Source: an uncultured Methanomicrobiaceae archaeon (GTDB lineage: Archaea > Halobacteriota > Methanomicrobia > Methanomicrobiales > Methanoculleaceae). Taken from it: a DNA stretch of 64,000 nt. The number at the start of each line of letters is the position of its first letter. The first letter of the stretch is position 1. Positions 22,822 through 35,397 of the stretch are shown here, in pieces. The notes beneath the pieces were generated by a model, which worked only from the letters and a program-made list of their open reading frames with translations, was not told the origin of the DNA and searched no databases. The stretch is taken from positions 96,001 through 160,000 of the forward strand of contig CAWGXH010000004.1 in the NCBI GenBank assembly GCA_963826525.1, given 5' to 3'. Made by a program: the position numbers and the translations under genes.

Positions 22822-24933
22822 GTGCGACAAGAAGTTGTATCGGGGATTGCGGGTCAATCCGCCACCCTATCCGTTTGGGGTGTCCCTACTGTGGCATGCG
22901 CTCTTGGTTAACAGGAGGGTGTGAAGCCCACGGGACAACGCGGAGAAGAGCAGAACCCTGATCTGCTCCATCTGCAAGGGAAACGACGCCAGGGAGAAGC
23001 AAACGCTGAATCATCGAAAGGATCGTTATGGTGAACAAGTGAAAACAGGGTGTTACACTTGGGCCAAAATGGCAAGGAATCAGGCTATTCCGTTAGGATC
23101 ACGGAACAGCAAACGGACGAGCGGTTCCCGGTCTAAAGATGGCTCCTACAGCGTCATTGAGTATCCTCGATACAGAACTTGGAAACCCGTATCCGCCCCT
23201 CGGAAGAGGTATGGAGGTCGTGAGGCCGATAAACGGCGGAGACGGAACAGGATGTCCCAAGAAGCGAATGCCTGCCGGTAACAGGCAGGATAGAGGCAGT
23301 TGCCTCGACCTGAAAGGGTGCTGACGTGGGACAGGTGTTTCACAGCAAAGAAGGGAGGTATACCCGTGAAAGTATGTCATTCAACGACGCCGAACGGCGA
23401 GAAGCATACTGACAAGGAACTCGCCCGGCAATGGAACTCCATTGACTGGGAGAAAGTGGGCTCCGATGTTAACGGGCTACAGACCCGGATTGCAAAGGCA
23501 ACGCAAGAAAGAAAATGGAATCTGGTAAAACGACTCAGTTACCTGCTGACACATTCGCATGCGGCAAAATTGCTATGCAGTACGGATTGTCACGCAGAAC
23601 AAGGGAAAACGCACCCCGGGTGTCGACGGCGAACTCTGGACAACCGCATCGGCGAAGATGCGAGCCGCCCTCAGTCTCACCGATAAACAATACCGGGCGC
23701 AGCCACTCCGCCGTGTCTACATCCCGAAACCTGGGAAGACGACGAAACGTCCTATCTCAATCCCGACAATGTACGACCGGGCAATGCAGGCGCTCTACGC
23801 ACTGGCTCTCCAGCCGATAGCAGAGACAACGGCAGACCCCCGCTCGTTTGGGTTTCGGCTCTTCCGGTGTGCGCAGGATGCGTCACGCTATGCATTCACC
23901 TGCCTCATGAGGCAAGGCTCGACACCGTGGATCCTGGAGGGCGACATCAAAGGGTGTTTCGACGCCATCGCCCACGACTGGCTCCGGGAGAATATCCCGA
24001 TGGACCGGTCGGTGATGACCCAATTCCTGAAAGCCGGGTTCGTCTTCGAGACGACGCTCTACCCTACGGACAAAGGCACGCCCCAGGGCGGGATAATCTC
24101 TCCCATCCTTGCCAACATGACGCTTGACGGGATGAGAAGATTCTCGCTGCACGCCTTCCAAAGACGAACGTGCACTTCATCCGCTACGCGGATGATTTCC
24201 TGGTCACGGCTCCGACGAAGGAGATAGCAGAAGAAGCCCGGGATGTCCTCCGGGAGTTCCTCGCAGAACGGGGTCTCGAACTATCCGGGGAGAAGACGGT
24301 GATTACCCATATTGACGACGGGTTCGACTTTCTTGGATACAACTTCCGGAAATACGAAGGAACGCTCCTGGTAAAGCCGTCCCGGAAGTCAGTCAAGGCA
24401 ATCTCGGAAAAGATCAAGGCGATCGTCAAAAAGGCACGAGCCTGGACACAAGACCGCCTGATCATGGCCTTGAACCCGGTTATCCGGGGCTGGTCAAATT
24501 ACCACCGCCACAACGTGGCCAAGGGGACATTCGGGTTTCTTGACCGCTATGTATGGGCAGTTACTTGGAAGTGGGGCAAACACCGACACCCCAATAAAGG
24601 GCACAAATGGATAGCCCGGAGATACTGGCACCCGGAAGGGAACAGAAACTGGGTATTTCGGACAGAAGAGAACACTCTCCTGTTGTTCGAAGACATAACC
24701 ATCCGGAGACACACTATCCCCAGACTGACTGCAAACCCCTATCTCGACAGGAACTACTTCCTTGACAGAAGAGAACGCATGAAGAGACAGACTCCGTGGA
24801 TTCAAACCAAACTTTCTTTCTTCGCTCTGCCGCCCGAAAATCGGGTAGTGGAATGCATGAGCGTACTGCGGTGAAAGCCGCACGGTGCGTTCTTGGAAGG
24901 GGGGAAGGTGGTAACATCTTCCCCCTATTCGAC
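22822..24933 (+). mobile_element. Group II intron (probably IIB / chloroplast-like class)
   Basis: 5' GTGCG; 34-nt domain V GAGCGTACTGCGGTGAAAGCCGCACGGTGCGTTC at 24859-24892; domain VI hairpin; 3' end ...CTATTCGAC; removal restores the host frame. Confidence 0.95.
23366..24874 (+). CDS. ltrA: Group II intron reverse transcriptase/maturase (frameshifted, no HNH domain)
   Basis: TPGVDG, RRVYIPK, EGDIKGCFD, GTPQGGIISPILAN, RYADDF, LNPVIRGWSNY; GGAGGT RBS before GTG. Confidence 0.93.
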
Positions 24934-26198
24934 TACTACGGAACGACCTCTGGGGAGAACGAACCCTTTATCATCCGAAGCAAACGCAAGAAATCGACGA
25001 ACGAGTTCTACTCCTACGTCACCCTCTACGTGACCACCAAAGACCGGTAGATGACGCTGGCCGTGTACCCGGTGCGTCAGGGAATCTCAAAGGTCGGCTA
25101 CATCGCCCGGTGCCTTGACCGGATCGCCGAGCTTGGTCTTGTCATCGAAGCACTCTGCCTTGACCGGGAGTTCTACACCCGGAAGGTCTTCGGGTTTCTG
25201 ACCCGGACGCAGGTGCCGTTCATCGTTCCTGTCAGGAAACACGGCAAACGGATGAAAGAACTGCTCCAGGGGACGCAGTCCCGATATGCCGAATACCGGA
25301 TGAAAGCCAAACCACCACTTCTTCTGACTATCGCGGTTGCGGTGAAGTATGCCAAGGGAAAGCGAGGTAAGCATGGCGTCGAAAACCTGGGATACGTCAC
25401 CGGCAATCTCCAATGGAGCCCACATCGTGTGCACCAGACCTACCGATCCCGGTTCTCGATCGAATCGTCCTACCGGATGCGCAACCAGGTGAAACCAAGG
25501 ACGAGCACGAAGAATCCGGTGATCCGCTATCTCTATGCTATCATCTCTTTCCTTCTGAAGAACGTCTGGACCGCTTTATTGTGGAAGCACTTCTCTCCGG
25601 TGAAACAGGGGCCGAAAACCATCGAAATGCGCGTCTTCCGATTCGACTGCTTCATTGTCATAATCTGGGAAGCGATCCGAGCATCAATGGGGATGGTAAA
25701 AGGAATCCCCGTGCTAAGGCACCCGGTTTAGAGAAAGGAGTGTGGAGCGAAGGAGAACCGAAGAAGCGAGGAGGAGAAGTTAGCGAAGTACTGGGACTGG
25801 CGGTTTACCGGGATACATGTCGAAAATGTGCAGCGTGACGTCGGCTGCTGCACCGTCGGCCATTTCATCAAGAGAAGTGCATCATCGGGAGCACCGATGC
25901 CCGTGAAGATCGTCCGGATACCCTCCCCCGTACGGTGGTATTCCGGGGGGTCAGTCTCTGGAAAGAGCGCTTGCATCGTAGAAGGTCCTTTGACACTTCA
26001 ATCCCGCTCGATAGTCATTTGTCGCTAAAGCGGTTGTACTATAAATCTGCCCTGAATTCAGCCTCGATTTGAGGAAGTATCCCGCCGCCGTCCCGGTTTG
26101 CACTCCAGCATATTGATGTTCTGGGTCACTGTTTTCTGATGCCCTTGAAGGCAGATCGCCCTGCCCTGCACCTGACAATACAGTGCCTCCGGGCTCCT

Positions 26199-27421
26199 TT
26201 ATTCGCCGTCAACGCGGGAAGACCTGCCGGATCCCCGGATATTGTTGCTCTTGCTCTCACCGACCAGCATCTCCAGGAAGTCCTTGAGCTTTTTCATCTT
26301 CACCGACCAGTCGAGGTGCTCTTCGGCGTAGCGGCGCATTTCCTGCGGGTGGTTGGGGTTGGCGCCGACCTCCCTTGCGAACGCGAGGACCTGCTCGACA
26401 TCAACGGCACTCTCGTCGGCGGGGAGGTAGCAAATGTAGGGAAAATCGGAGGAAAAGTCAGGATCAGCACATGCAATGATATACGGGATCCCCCGGGCGC
26501 AGTATTCCCGTCCCTTCAACTCGGATGTCTGTGTCAGCCCTTTCCTGTGGATACCAAGGCTCCCGACTGCGACATGGCACTGATCGAATAGGGCATCGAG
26601 GGCCTCGCCGGTCAGAAATCCGTGGAAGACCACACGACCGGTGATGCCGAGGTCGGCGGTAAGTTCCCGGAGGTGAGGCAGTTCCGTGCCGTCGCCGGCT
26701 ATATGGAGAGTGACTTCCGGTTTCCCGTTATAGGTGGCGAGACCTTGAAGGAGCCGGTCGAGCCCGTGCCAGTGGCTGACGCTGGCGACACACAGGAAGC
26801 GGAAGTCTGTCTTCGTTTTGGCGTGGAGCCTGTCTTACGGGGACTGACTTGACCACAAAGCCGTTTCCCAGCGTGAGATGCGGCTTCGCCGGATCTCCGG
26901 CACAGGCGATCTCATATCCGGTGATCTCATCGGTGACACCGATAATTGCATCGGATTGCCGTTTAAGTAATTTTCCAAAGAGTAACTCGCACCAATAACT
27001 GAGAGCGCTGTCATACAGTTTGAATTCATCCAGCTCCTTTGTCTGGTGCTCCGTCACAACTCTGCAGGCTCTCAACTGCTTGAGGTAGTTCTTCGGGAAA
27101 TATAGAGGGAACGGGTTGAGATATCTGCAGGTACAGCACCTCGTCGGAACCCAGAGAATTTACCGTTTCACCGAATATCCTGCTGATCTTACGAGCACGC
27201 TTGATCCGCCCAAGGATATCGTTCACCGGAATCGGATCGGTTGTATAGGTTGTCAGGAAGTTGTATGGGGGGTAGCGGACGCCTTCATCATGGACGATCA
27301 CCAATTCAACATCCAGTCCAAGTCGCCTTAATTCCGATACCTGGCTGAATAATTTCTTATACACCCCCTCGGTGGGGTTTTGCCCCCCGAACATGAAATA
27401 TTTTAGTTTCAACGTATCCAC
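26199..27421 (-). CDS. GT4-like glycosyltransferase (several frameshifts)
   Basis: GVYKKLFSQV, VASVSHWHGLDR, SELKGREYCARGIP. Confidence 0.8.
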
Positions 27422-27501
27422 CAGACGGCCGGTATCCGGTACCTTGAGATAAATAGTCTTCTAAACCCGAACGAATCGTTGACAATATTGCAGCAACGCA
27501 A

Positions 27502-28679
27502 TTAAATCTCTTCGAACACGTCTCTCCACCGGGCAACCGCGCGTTCAAACGTGAAATTTTCCTCCACAAACCACCTCCCGTTTTCCACAACTCGCTCCAG
27601 ATCCGGGAAGTTCAGCGCCCGGACCACGTTCGCTGCAATGCACCCAGATGTGTTGTTCTCCATAAGAAACCCGGTTCTTCCGTCCGCAATAACATCCGGT
27701 ATCGCTCCGACCGGTGTCGCGAGCACCGGAGTCCCGCAGGCCATCGCCTCAAGCAGGATATTCGGAAGGCCTTCAAAGTGAGACGGTATCACTAGGAGGC
27801 GGATGGCATTCAGGTACCCGGGCAGATCCCGGTTCTCTATCTTCCCCGTCTGCAGGACTCTTTCAGCAACACCTCCCCGCCTGATCGACGATGCGATAGC
27901 GCCGCCGAGGTCCCCATCGCCGATGATGACTGCTCTCTCCCCCGGTCGATCTGCGAGGAGGAGCGGGAGGGCGTCTGCGAACTCGAGGACGCCCTTTTCT
28001 TCAGAAAGCCGCCCAACGTATCCCACCAGAAACTGCCTGTCGCGGAGCGGGGTCATCGGCGCGAAGGTATCGACGTCGACGAAGAGGGCCCCGGAACGTG
28101 CCCTGCCGGTGTACCCAGCAAGGCCGTAGAGCGGGATCGTTCCGGGCTCTCAGGGACGACCCTGCTTGCCAATCTGTAGGTGAACTGTTCGACCGAACGG
28201 AAGAGGGTGACCTTGAGCGGGCTATATCGCTTCCGGTCGCGCTGCACAACCTGGGACGGCCTCCCATCGGTTCTGACGATTGCCTTCCGGCCGAATGCCC
28301 GTACCAGAAGGATCGGGATGAGGGAGAGATCAGAACCAAAGGCAAAGACGACAGGGGAGTTGCCCGTTTGGAGGAGCGAGGAGGAGACCCGAAGCTGATG
28401 AAGAAAATGGTACCCGAGGTTCATGAGGAGTGACTCCTCCACAAGTCGGTCCGGTATCTCTACCACCCGAACGCGGTCGTCCGCATAGTCGATGCCCCCT
28501 TCCCTCGTCGCGACCCAGGTTATCCCGCCCGATAACTGCTTGAGGATCGCGAGGAGTTTCACCGTTGGGTGGAGGGTCTGACCCGCATCCCACCGCCCGG
28601 TGACGAGGACGATCCCGCCCGATACTCCGTGACAATCACCAGTTCCATTACCATCTGCGTCGCACATGATCCCCATCAC
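27502..28679 (-). CDS. GT4 glycosyltransferase (frameshifted)
   Basis: GYVGRLSEEKG, EGLPNILLEAMACGTPV. Confidence 0.88.
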
Positions 28680-28785
28680 ACTCCTTCGCCGGTTCCATCA
28701 CAGTGATGATCATACCCCTTTCGACTTCACCACTCTTCGATAGAGGGATTCGACGTTTTGTGTGGTCGTCTGGATGGACAGGCTC

Positions 28786-29859
28786 TTATGGAGTTTGGCG
28801 TATCCGTTCTGACCGTGACAGCAGCGTAAGGAGTCGTGCTGCAGGTATTCTCTCAAGGCAGCCTGCCAGATCGTATGGATCTGGTTGTACCGTGAGGCCA
28901 GAATCCTGTAAAAGGTCTTTTATCCCGCAATTTTCAGTTACGATGACCGGCTTTTTGAATGCCCATGCTTCAAGCACTGCGATAGGAAAAGCCTCATAAT
29001 ACGATGGCAGAACATAGATGTCCGAATCGCGATACGCTGCAAATTTAGCCCTGCCGTAAAGTGGGCCCGTAAAGAGCACGTTACTGCAGAGTTTGAGTTC
29101 TCTTGCAAGTGCTTTCAGTCCCGGCAATGACCCGTCTTCAGGGCCTGCGATGACCAGCCTGCAATTCTCGACCTCCTTTAAAACTATCTCAAAGGCACGG
29201 AGTAGCAGATCTATGCCTTTAATCGGGTGCAATCTGCCCAGAAACAGGATTACGTGTGCGCCGGAAGGGATATCATAAAGCGCCCTGAACTCACCCTGCC
29301 GTGGGATATCCTCGGTACTCCGACAGATCAAGACCGTTAGCGATGATGTGAATTTTATCTTCATTCACTCCTTTTTTTAGAGCCTGTTCCGCTTCTGTAG
29401 AGGTCAACGCAATGACTCCTTCAGCATTCCGGAGGATCGTATCCCCCAGACTCTATCGTAGAGTTGTTTTAATCCCTCCTTCTCAACCATCCGGGGCAGT
29501 GAGCCGTGCGGTTGAACGAGATACGGAATGCCATGCTTTTTTGCGTATGTAGAGACGACGGTGTTCTGATACGATCTAAAGTTATGCAAGTGGACGATAT
29601 CGTACTTTGAGATATTCGAGCGTAACCATCCTTTTATCCCCGGGGAGTAGAGGAACAACCCCAGGTTGGAGATCCGCTTGAACGGTATCACTTCGACGTT
29701 TCTAAGGGACCGGGCGTAATCCTGGTCATACCTGTAGTCTGTTGTTATGATAGTGACTTCATGGCCTTTTCTTGCAAGCCAGTGCGAGAGGTGGTACGGC
29801 ATAGCAACGGATCCGCCAAGGGCGGGTGTAAAAAAGGGGATTACTTGCAGTGCCTTCAT
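28786..29859 (-). CDS. GT4 glycosyltransferase (frameshifted)
   Basis: QPHGSL, FLGRLHPIKG, EAFPIAVLEAW. Confidence 0.88.
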
Positions 29860-29914
29860 CGATGCAACCCCCCCAGATGCGATCCGTTCCGGAGATATGC
29901 TCCGGGGAGCATCC

Positions 29915-30915
29915 TCATCGGGATACCCTCTTCAGGTCCGATACCACTTCCTGTTCGCGGGAGTTCCTTAACAGTGCGGCCAGCCTGTAGATGGGCGGCG
30001 AGAGCGGCGAATCCATGACAAGTTTCGCCAGGAGGTCGCTCCGAAAAAGAAGGCCGGAGAGGCGGTCGACGAATGTTTTCTCAACGGAGAAATCCTGCCG
30101 GTACTGTTCCCAGCCATCGTTCAGGTTCACGTCGGCAAGATCGGCGGTGCCCAACCCTTCACGCTCTGCAACGACAATGTGGTCGATATCCTGCGGGTCA
30201 AAACCCATAAGCCGGGTTCCCAGAGCATCGGCAACGACCGGATTATTCGAGGAGAACAGGAAATCAAGCTCTTCAGGAGTCCCGAACATGGGACAGTGCC
30301 CATCGAGACCATAGGTTCCGTCGACAACCACCAGTTTGGGGTTTATAACCCTGGTTAGCAGAGTCAGCGCTTACGAGCGAGGTCGGTATGGTGAAGGCAC
30401 CGCATCGCATCCGGATAACACCCCCAGAGGTTTTTCATCCTCAGGGTAATTGTGGTCATTACATGGACCTTGAGGACTGGCAACGACACAAAACAGTCGA
30501 TATCGTCCAGAAGGAGAGTTGGAACCTGGACCGTCACCGTTTTGCCCTGAATCGTATCCTCGACGTACCGGGAGGGTGAGGCAGAGAGGTTGATCCGTTC
30601 CGCTCCGACGTCTCGACAGATGTCGTCCACTCCATGTCCCTTAAACGCATCATCCGCCGTATACGAATGGTTCCCTCCGTCAGACTCCCCTATGACGACC
30701 TGATCGCAGCGATCTTTCAAAATCCCGCAGAGAGCGCAAAGAACCTCCGGATTTGTCGTGATACCTGCCTTGTAATATGGGTAGGTAAAATTCGGTTTGA
30801 TAAATACCTGGGAATCAGATCGAACGGCATTCCTCCACCCGATGAAATCGAGGCTTCTCCGGATATCGTCTTCTAAATCGGAGATCCGTGAGATGTAAAC
30901 CGAATAATCGGTCAT
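29915..30915 (-). CDS. DUF362 domain protein (frameshifted)
   Basis: VFIKPN, ITTNPEV, SLPVLKVH, MKNLWG, VVDG, NPVVADA. Confidence 0.8.
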
Positions 30916-31085
30916 CCTGATGACCTCCTGCTGGACACGTCACCGGCGACGCAATAGTTCTCTGTCGCCGGGGCTGTCGGGCTCCTACTGAGGGATATAA
31001 TTCTCGTTACGATCATAGATCCAGTACCGGTCACGATTCATGGTGTTCAACCTCCAATGTCTTTTTGTTCCGCGAAGGGAGGCGG

Positions 31086-32326
31086 TCATCTCGCGAAGAG
31101 ACCGTCTCCGTCCAGGGTCTGAAAGATCTGTTCATACAGAGCGACATTCCGTTCCAGGCTCATGTTCCTCTCCAGATAGTCCCTGCCGTTGCTCCCCATG
31201 GTCTCGCGGGCAGGGGCATTCTCCTTGAGGTGAATGATTGCGGACTGTATGCTCTCAATGTTCCCGGGTTTTGCAACAATCCCGCATTGTGCCTCCCGTA
31301 TGACATCGGCGGTCTCGCTTCCCTCTGCGACCATGGCAATGATCGGCTGATTGCAGGCCATGAGGTTGACAGTCTTACCGGGCAGACAGGGAGGCTCTCA
31401 TCCGCTCGTCGAGCGAGATGAATGAGGCATCTGAAGAGTTAATCAGGTTGAAATACTCGGTGCGGGGTAAAAGGGGTAAAAGCCTGGCGTTGCTGATGTT
31501 TTCCTGTCGCACCCTCTCTTCGAGATGCTGTTTTTCCGAGCCGTCCCCTGCGATATAGAATAGGATGTCGTCGTGTTCCTGCAAGGTCTTCGCGGCATCG
31601 AGGATGTTGTCAATACCCTGGTACGGGGAGAGGATCCCCGCGTAGGAGATCAGGAATTTATCCTTGATACCCTCTCGTTCTTTTAGATCCCTCCTCTGGA
31701 CGAGACTGTTGAGTTCGGAGAGGGACACCGAGTTGAAAACATGGGTGACCTTTTCCGAATCGGCACCTCGTTGTCGCACATATTCGATGCCGCCACATGA
31801 GAGGACGGTGATATGGTCGGCATGCCTGTACGCTTCACGTTCGATGTGCTCCAGTATCTTGATCATCACAGGGTTTTTCAATACCCCGACATCAGTAAGT
31901 TCCTGGGGATGAAAATCCTGGAAATTAAGGACTGAAGGGGTACCATCGTAGCGCTTAATCTTCTTTGCGAGGTAGTAGCAGGGGAAGTGGCGGTACATAC
32001 ATCAGGCAGGCGTCATACTTTTTGCCGATCTCACGGTATTTCCTGAAGTAGTAATGGGGCAGATAGAAATGCTCCAACCCTCTGCCGGCGATGTTATCAC
32101 GGATTGCCGGGTGCTTACATCGGTAGATCGTGACGTCTTCTACCTCCTCCTCAAGAGGGAACTCTCTCTTTTGATCCGTCCCGTCCAGATTGAACTTTCG
32201 GGGGTACGAGGTTATGACGTCAACAGCATGACCTTGCCTGGCGAAAGCTCTGGCGAGATCGAAATAGATGTGAGCAGCGCTTCCAATCTCCGGGACGAAA
32301 TAAGCAACGGCCAGTAGTATTCTCAT
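31086..32326 (-). CDS. GT4 glycosyltransferase, WbuB-like (frameshifted)
   Basis: YFVPEIGSAA, YAGILSPYQG, MACNQPII. Confidence 0.88.
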
Positions 32327-32350
32327 AGATGCACCTGAAAGGGGAGCAGA

Positions 32351-33350
32351 CTAAAACTCCGCACTGTTTTTGATGTTCTCCCAGTTCTCCACAAACCACC
32401 GGTACGTCTGCTCAAGCCCCTCCCTGAACTCTGTCTGGGGAGTATACCCAAGGATCGTGCTCGCCTTGTCGATGCAGGAAAGCAGCCGATTCTTCTTGTC
32501 CCAGTCTCTCCGCCCTTTATAAAGTGTCCCCGCATCGTTACCCGTCAGTTCGTTGATCCAGTTCGCGAGGTCGAAAATACGGATCTCCTGGCCGGCGCCG
32601 AGGTTGATCGCCTCGCCGACTGCATTCTCGTGGGCAGCCATTTTCACGAGACCGTTGACCAGATCCCCGACGTAGGTAAAGTCCCGGGTCTCTTCCCCGG
32701 TGCCGGTGATCGGCAGGGCCTGTCCGTTCATCGCCCAGTAGAAGAAGTTTGGAATAACGTTCCGGTACTTCCCGGGAACCTCCCCGGGGCCGTACGCAGT
32801 TGAAGAACCGGGCGTTGACGATGGGTAACCCGTAGAGGTTGTGGAAGTAGTTGGTGTAGAGCTCACCGATCATCTTGGTGACCTGGTAGGGTGTGTAGAG
32901 TTTGATGGAGATGTCGTGCTCCTCAAATGGCATCTTTGAGTCAAGACCGTAGATGCCGCAGCCGGACGAAGCATAGATGAACCGCTCGACATCCACGAGG
33001 TGAGCATACTGCAGGACCTTGAGGATGCCCATGCCGTTGACCATCAGGTCTTTCTCCGGACTGTCGACCGAGTTCTGGTTGGCAAAGTGGGCGGCGAGGT
33101 GGTAGACGATATCGGGCTTTGGCTTGAACGCCCGTTTTAACATCTCATCATCCAGTACGTCGCCATGCACGAACTGGACGGGGTCTGACCGGGTGATATT
33201 CCATTCGTACGAAGAAGAGAGGTCATCGAGGATGATGATCGTCTCCGCACCGAGATCGGAGAGCCTCCTGACCAGGTTCCCGCCGATTGCACCGGCGCCG
33301 CCGGTGACCAGAACCGTCTTTCCTTCAATAACGGATTTTTCGTTCTCCAT
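32351..33350 (-). CDS. NAD-dependent epimerase/dehydratase (frameshifted)
   Basis: VTGGAGAIG, HLAAHFANQNSV, PYQVTK, TRDFTYV. Confidence 0.9.
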
Positions 33351-33355
33351 TCTGC

Positions 33356-34296
33356 TCACTCCTCAATCCGGTAATGCCATTTCATCCACTCAACCGTATG
33401 CCGTATCCCCTCTTCCGGCGACACTCTTGGGTCGTGCCTGAGATCATGGACGGCCTTTGTGAAGTCCATGGTCTTGACTTTCGTCGTGAAGGGCTCTGCT
33501 TCCTCGTAGGTAACGTGCGAGTCGTCTCTGCCGGCTGCCTTGAGAATCAGGTCGGAGTAGTCTTTGATCTCCCGTTCCCACTCGGGACGACCGCCGACGT
33601 TGTAGACCTCTCCGGGAATGAAGTTGTCCATGATGTTCGCCCAGGTCCTGCAGGAGTCTTCGACGAAGTCGATGATCCGCCTGTGGCCCTTGAAGACGGT
33701 ATATGGTTTGTTGAAGAGCGCGTGGTAGATGAATTTGGGGATAAACCCGCGATAGGGGTTGTAGTGCTCGTGCGGCCCGTAACAGTTCACCGGCCGGACG
33801 CGGACCGTCTCTGTCCCGAACATCGCGGCCGAGTTCAGGCACATGAGTTCGCCTGCCCACTTGGTGATGGCATAATCGTTCATCTGATAAGTGTCCCTGA
33901 TGGGGTTGTTCACCATCACGTCCTCGAACATTGTGCCACGATAGTCGCCATAGACCTCGGCGCTGGAGAAGAATATCATCCGGAACTTCAACTTCTCCTG
34001 CAGGCGGAGTATGTGCTTGGTCCCGATCACGTTGGTCTGCCAGAGGTTCTCATAATAGTCTTCGCCGTTCCAGCGGCCGTACTCCGCGGCGAGGTGGTAT
34101 ACGAAATCAAACGTCGAGCGGTCAAAGATCTGTTCCACTGCCGGTAATTCCTCGTATCTGCACGGGTGTAGTTCTCCCGGTCCGCGTTCAGGAGGTCGAG
34201 TGCAACGACCTCGTGGCCCCGGCTGCGAAGTTCGTTGACAAGATTGGTGCCGATGAACCCGGCGCCACCAGTGACAAGAATTCTTTGCGTCTCCAT
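33356..34296 (-). CDS. NAD-dependent epimerase/dehydratase (frameshifted)
   Basis: [26 protein letters not shown]. Confidence 0.9.
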
Positions 34297-34299
34297 AAT

Positions 34300-35397
34300 T
34301 CACCGCGCACATGGACTGCTCTTTTGTGACGGTATGCCGTTGCATATCGTGACGATTATTCTGCTTGCCGTACCGTCCCCGTAGGGGTTCTCCCAGGTTC
34401 CTGACCGGGAGAGCATCTGTCGGGCAGATGCCAGGATCCCGTCGGCCAGTGTCCCGGCCAGAACGTTCGCCCCCACCTCGATCGTCTCCGGCCGCTCGGT
34501 GTTCTCCCGGAGGGTTACACAGGGCACGCCTAGGATACAGGCCTCCTCCTGGACGCCGCCGGAGTCGGTCAGGACGAGGCGGGCGTTGGACTCAGCTGCA
34601 GGAAGTTGAGGAACCCGACGGGGTTCATGGCGGAGATCCCGTCAAGCGGGATCCGTATGCTCGATCATATTTCTGGTGCGGGGGTGCATGGGGAAGACAA
34701 CGGGGAGCGAGTACTCCCGGTGGATCGCCTCAAGTCCCAGAATGATGTTTCGGAGGTTTGCGTGGCTGTCGACGTTCTCCTGCCGGTGAGAGGTGACAAG
34801 GAAGTAGCCTCCCTGCTTCAGTCCGAGGGTGCCGAGGATAGTTGCCTTCTTCTCTGAGAACTCCCGGTTCTGGAAGATCGCGTCGACGATGGTGTTCCCG
34901 GTTACGCAGATCCTGTTCTCCTCGATCCCTTCGTTCTGGAGGTCCTGCCGTGCCGCTTCAGTGGGAGCAAAGAGGTAGTTGGAGATGTGGTCCGCAACCA
35001 CCCGATTGATCTCCTCAGGCATCGTTCGATCAAAACTCCGGAGACCTGCTTCGACATGGCCGACCCGGATCTGCAGTTTCGCGGCCGCGAGTGCTCCGGC
35101 CATGACAGTGTTGGTGTCGCCCTGGACAAGGACGATGTCGGGCTCTTCCTGCACGAGGATCTCCTCGATACCGGTCAGGATCCTGGCTGTCTGCCCGGCA
35201 TGGGTACCCGATCCGACATCCAGGTTATACTGCGGTTCCGGAAGCTCCAGTTCCTCAAAAAAGAGCCTGTCCATATCATAGGAATAATGCTGCCCGGAAT
35301 GAAGGATGAAGTAACCTAGGTTTCGTGCTTCGCATTCCCGGATGATCGGGGACATCTTGATGTACTCCGGTCTGGTTCCAAGAACAATCGCGATCAT
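34300..35397 (-). CDS. wecB: UDP-N-acetylglucosamine 2-epimerase (non-hydrolysing), frameshifted
   Basis: GTRPE, HSGQHY, QGDTNT, HVEAGLRS, PEEINR, TDSGGVQEEA, TERPE. Confidence 0.93.

Larger units (their letters stand above)
22459..25731 (+). pseudogene. ISH3-family transposase, split by intron (exons 22459-22821 and 24934-25731), in-frame TAG at 25048
   Basis: Joined exons read AIDYTNDP|YYG; LCLDREFY and YRSRFSIESSYR motifs. Confidence 0.88.
22364..25793 (+). mobile_element. ISH3-family IS carrying a group II intron
   Basis: TIRs CAGTAGTTCGCTAA (22364) / TTAGCGAAGTACTG (ends 25793); flanks AGACT / GGACT (4 of 5 match, possible TSD). Confidence 0.88.

Noticed and set aside
23366-24874. RT as a DGR or retron, with the 755-bp duplication as template and variable repeats
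   Set aside because: The RT sits inside a canonical group II intron with a maturase domain; the duplication is too long, with too few differences to suggest DGR-type adenine mutagenesis
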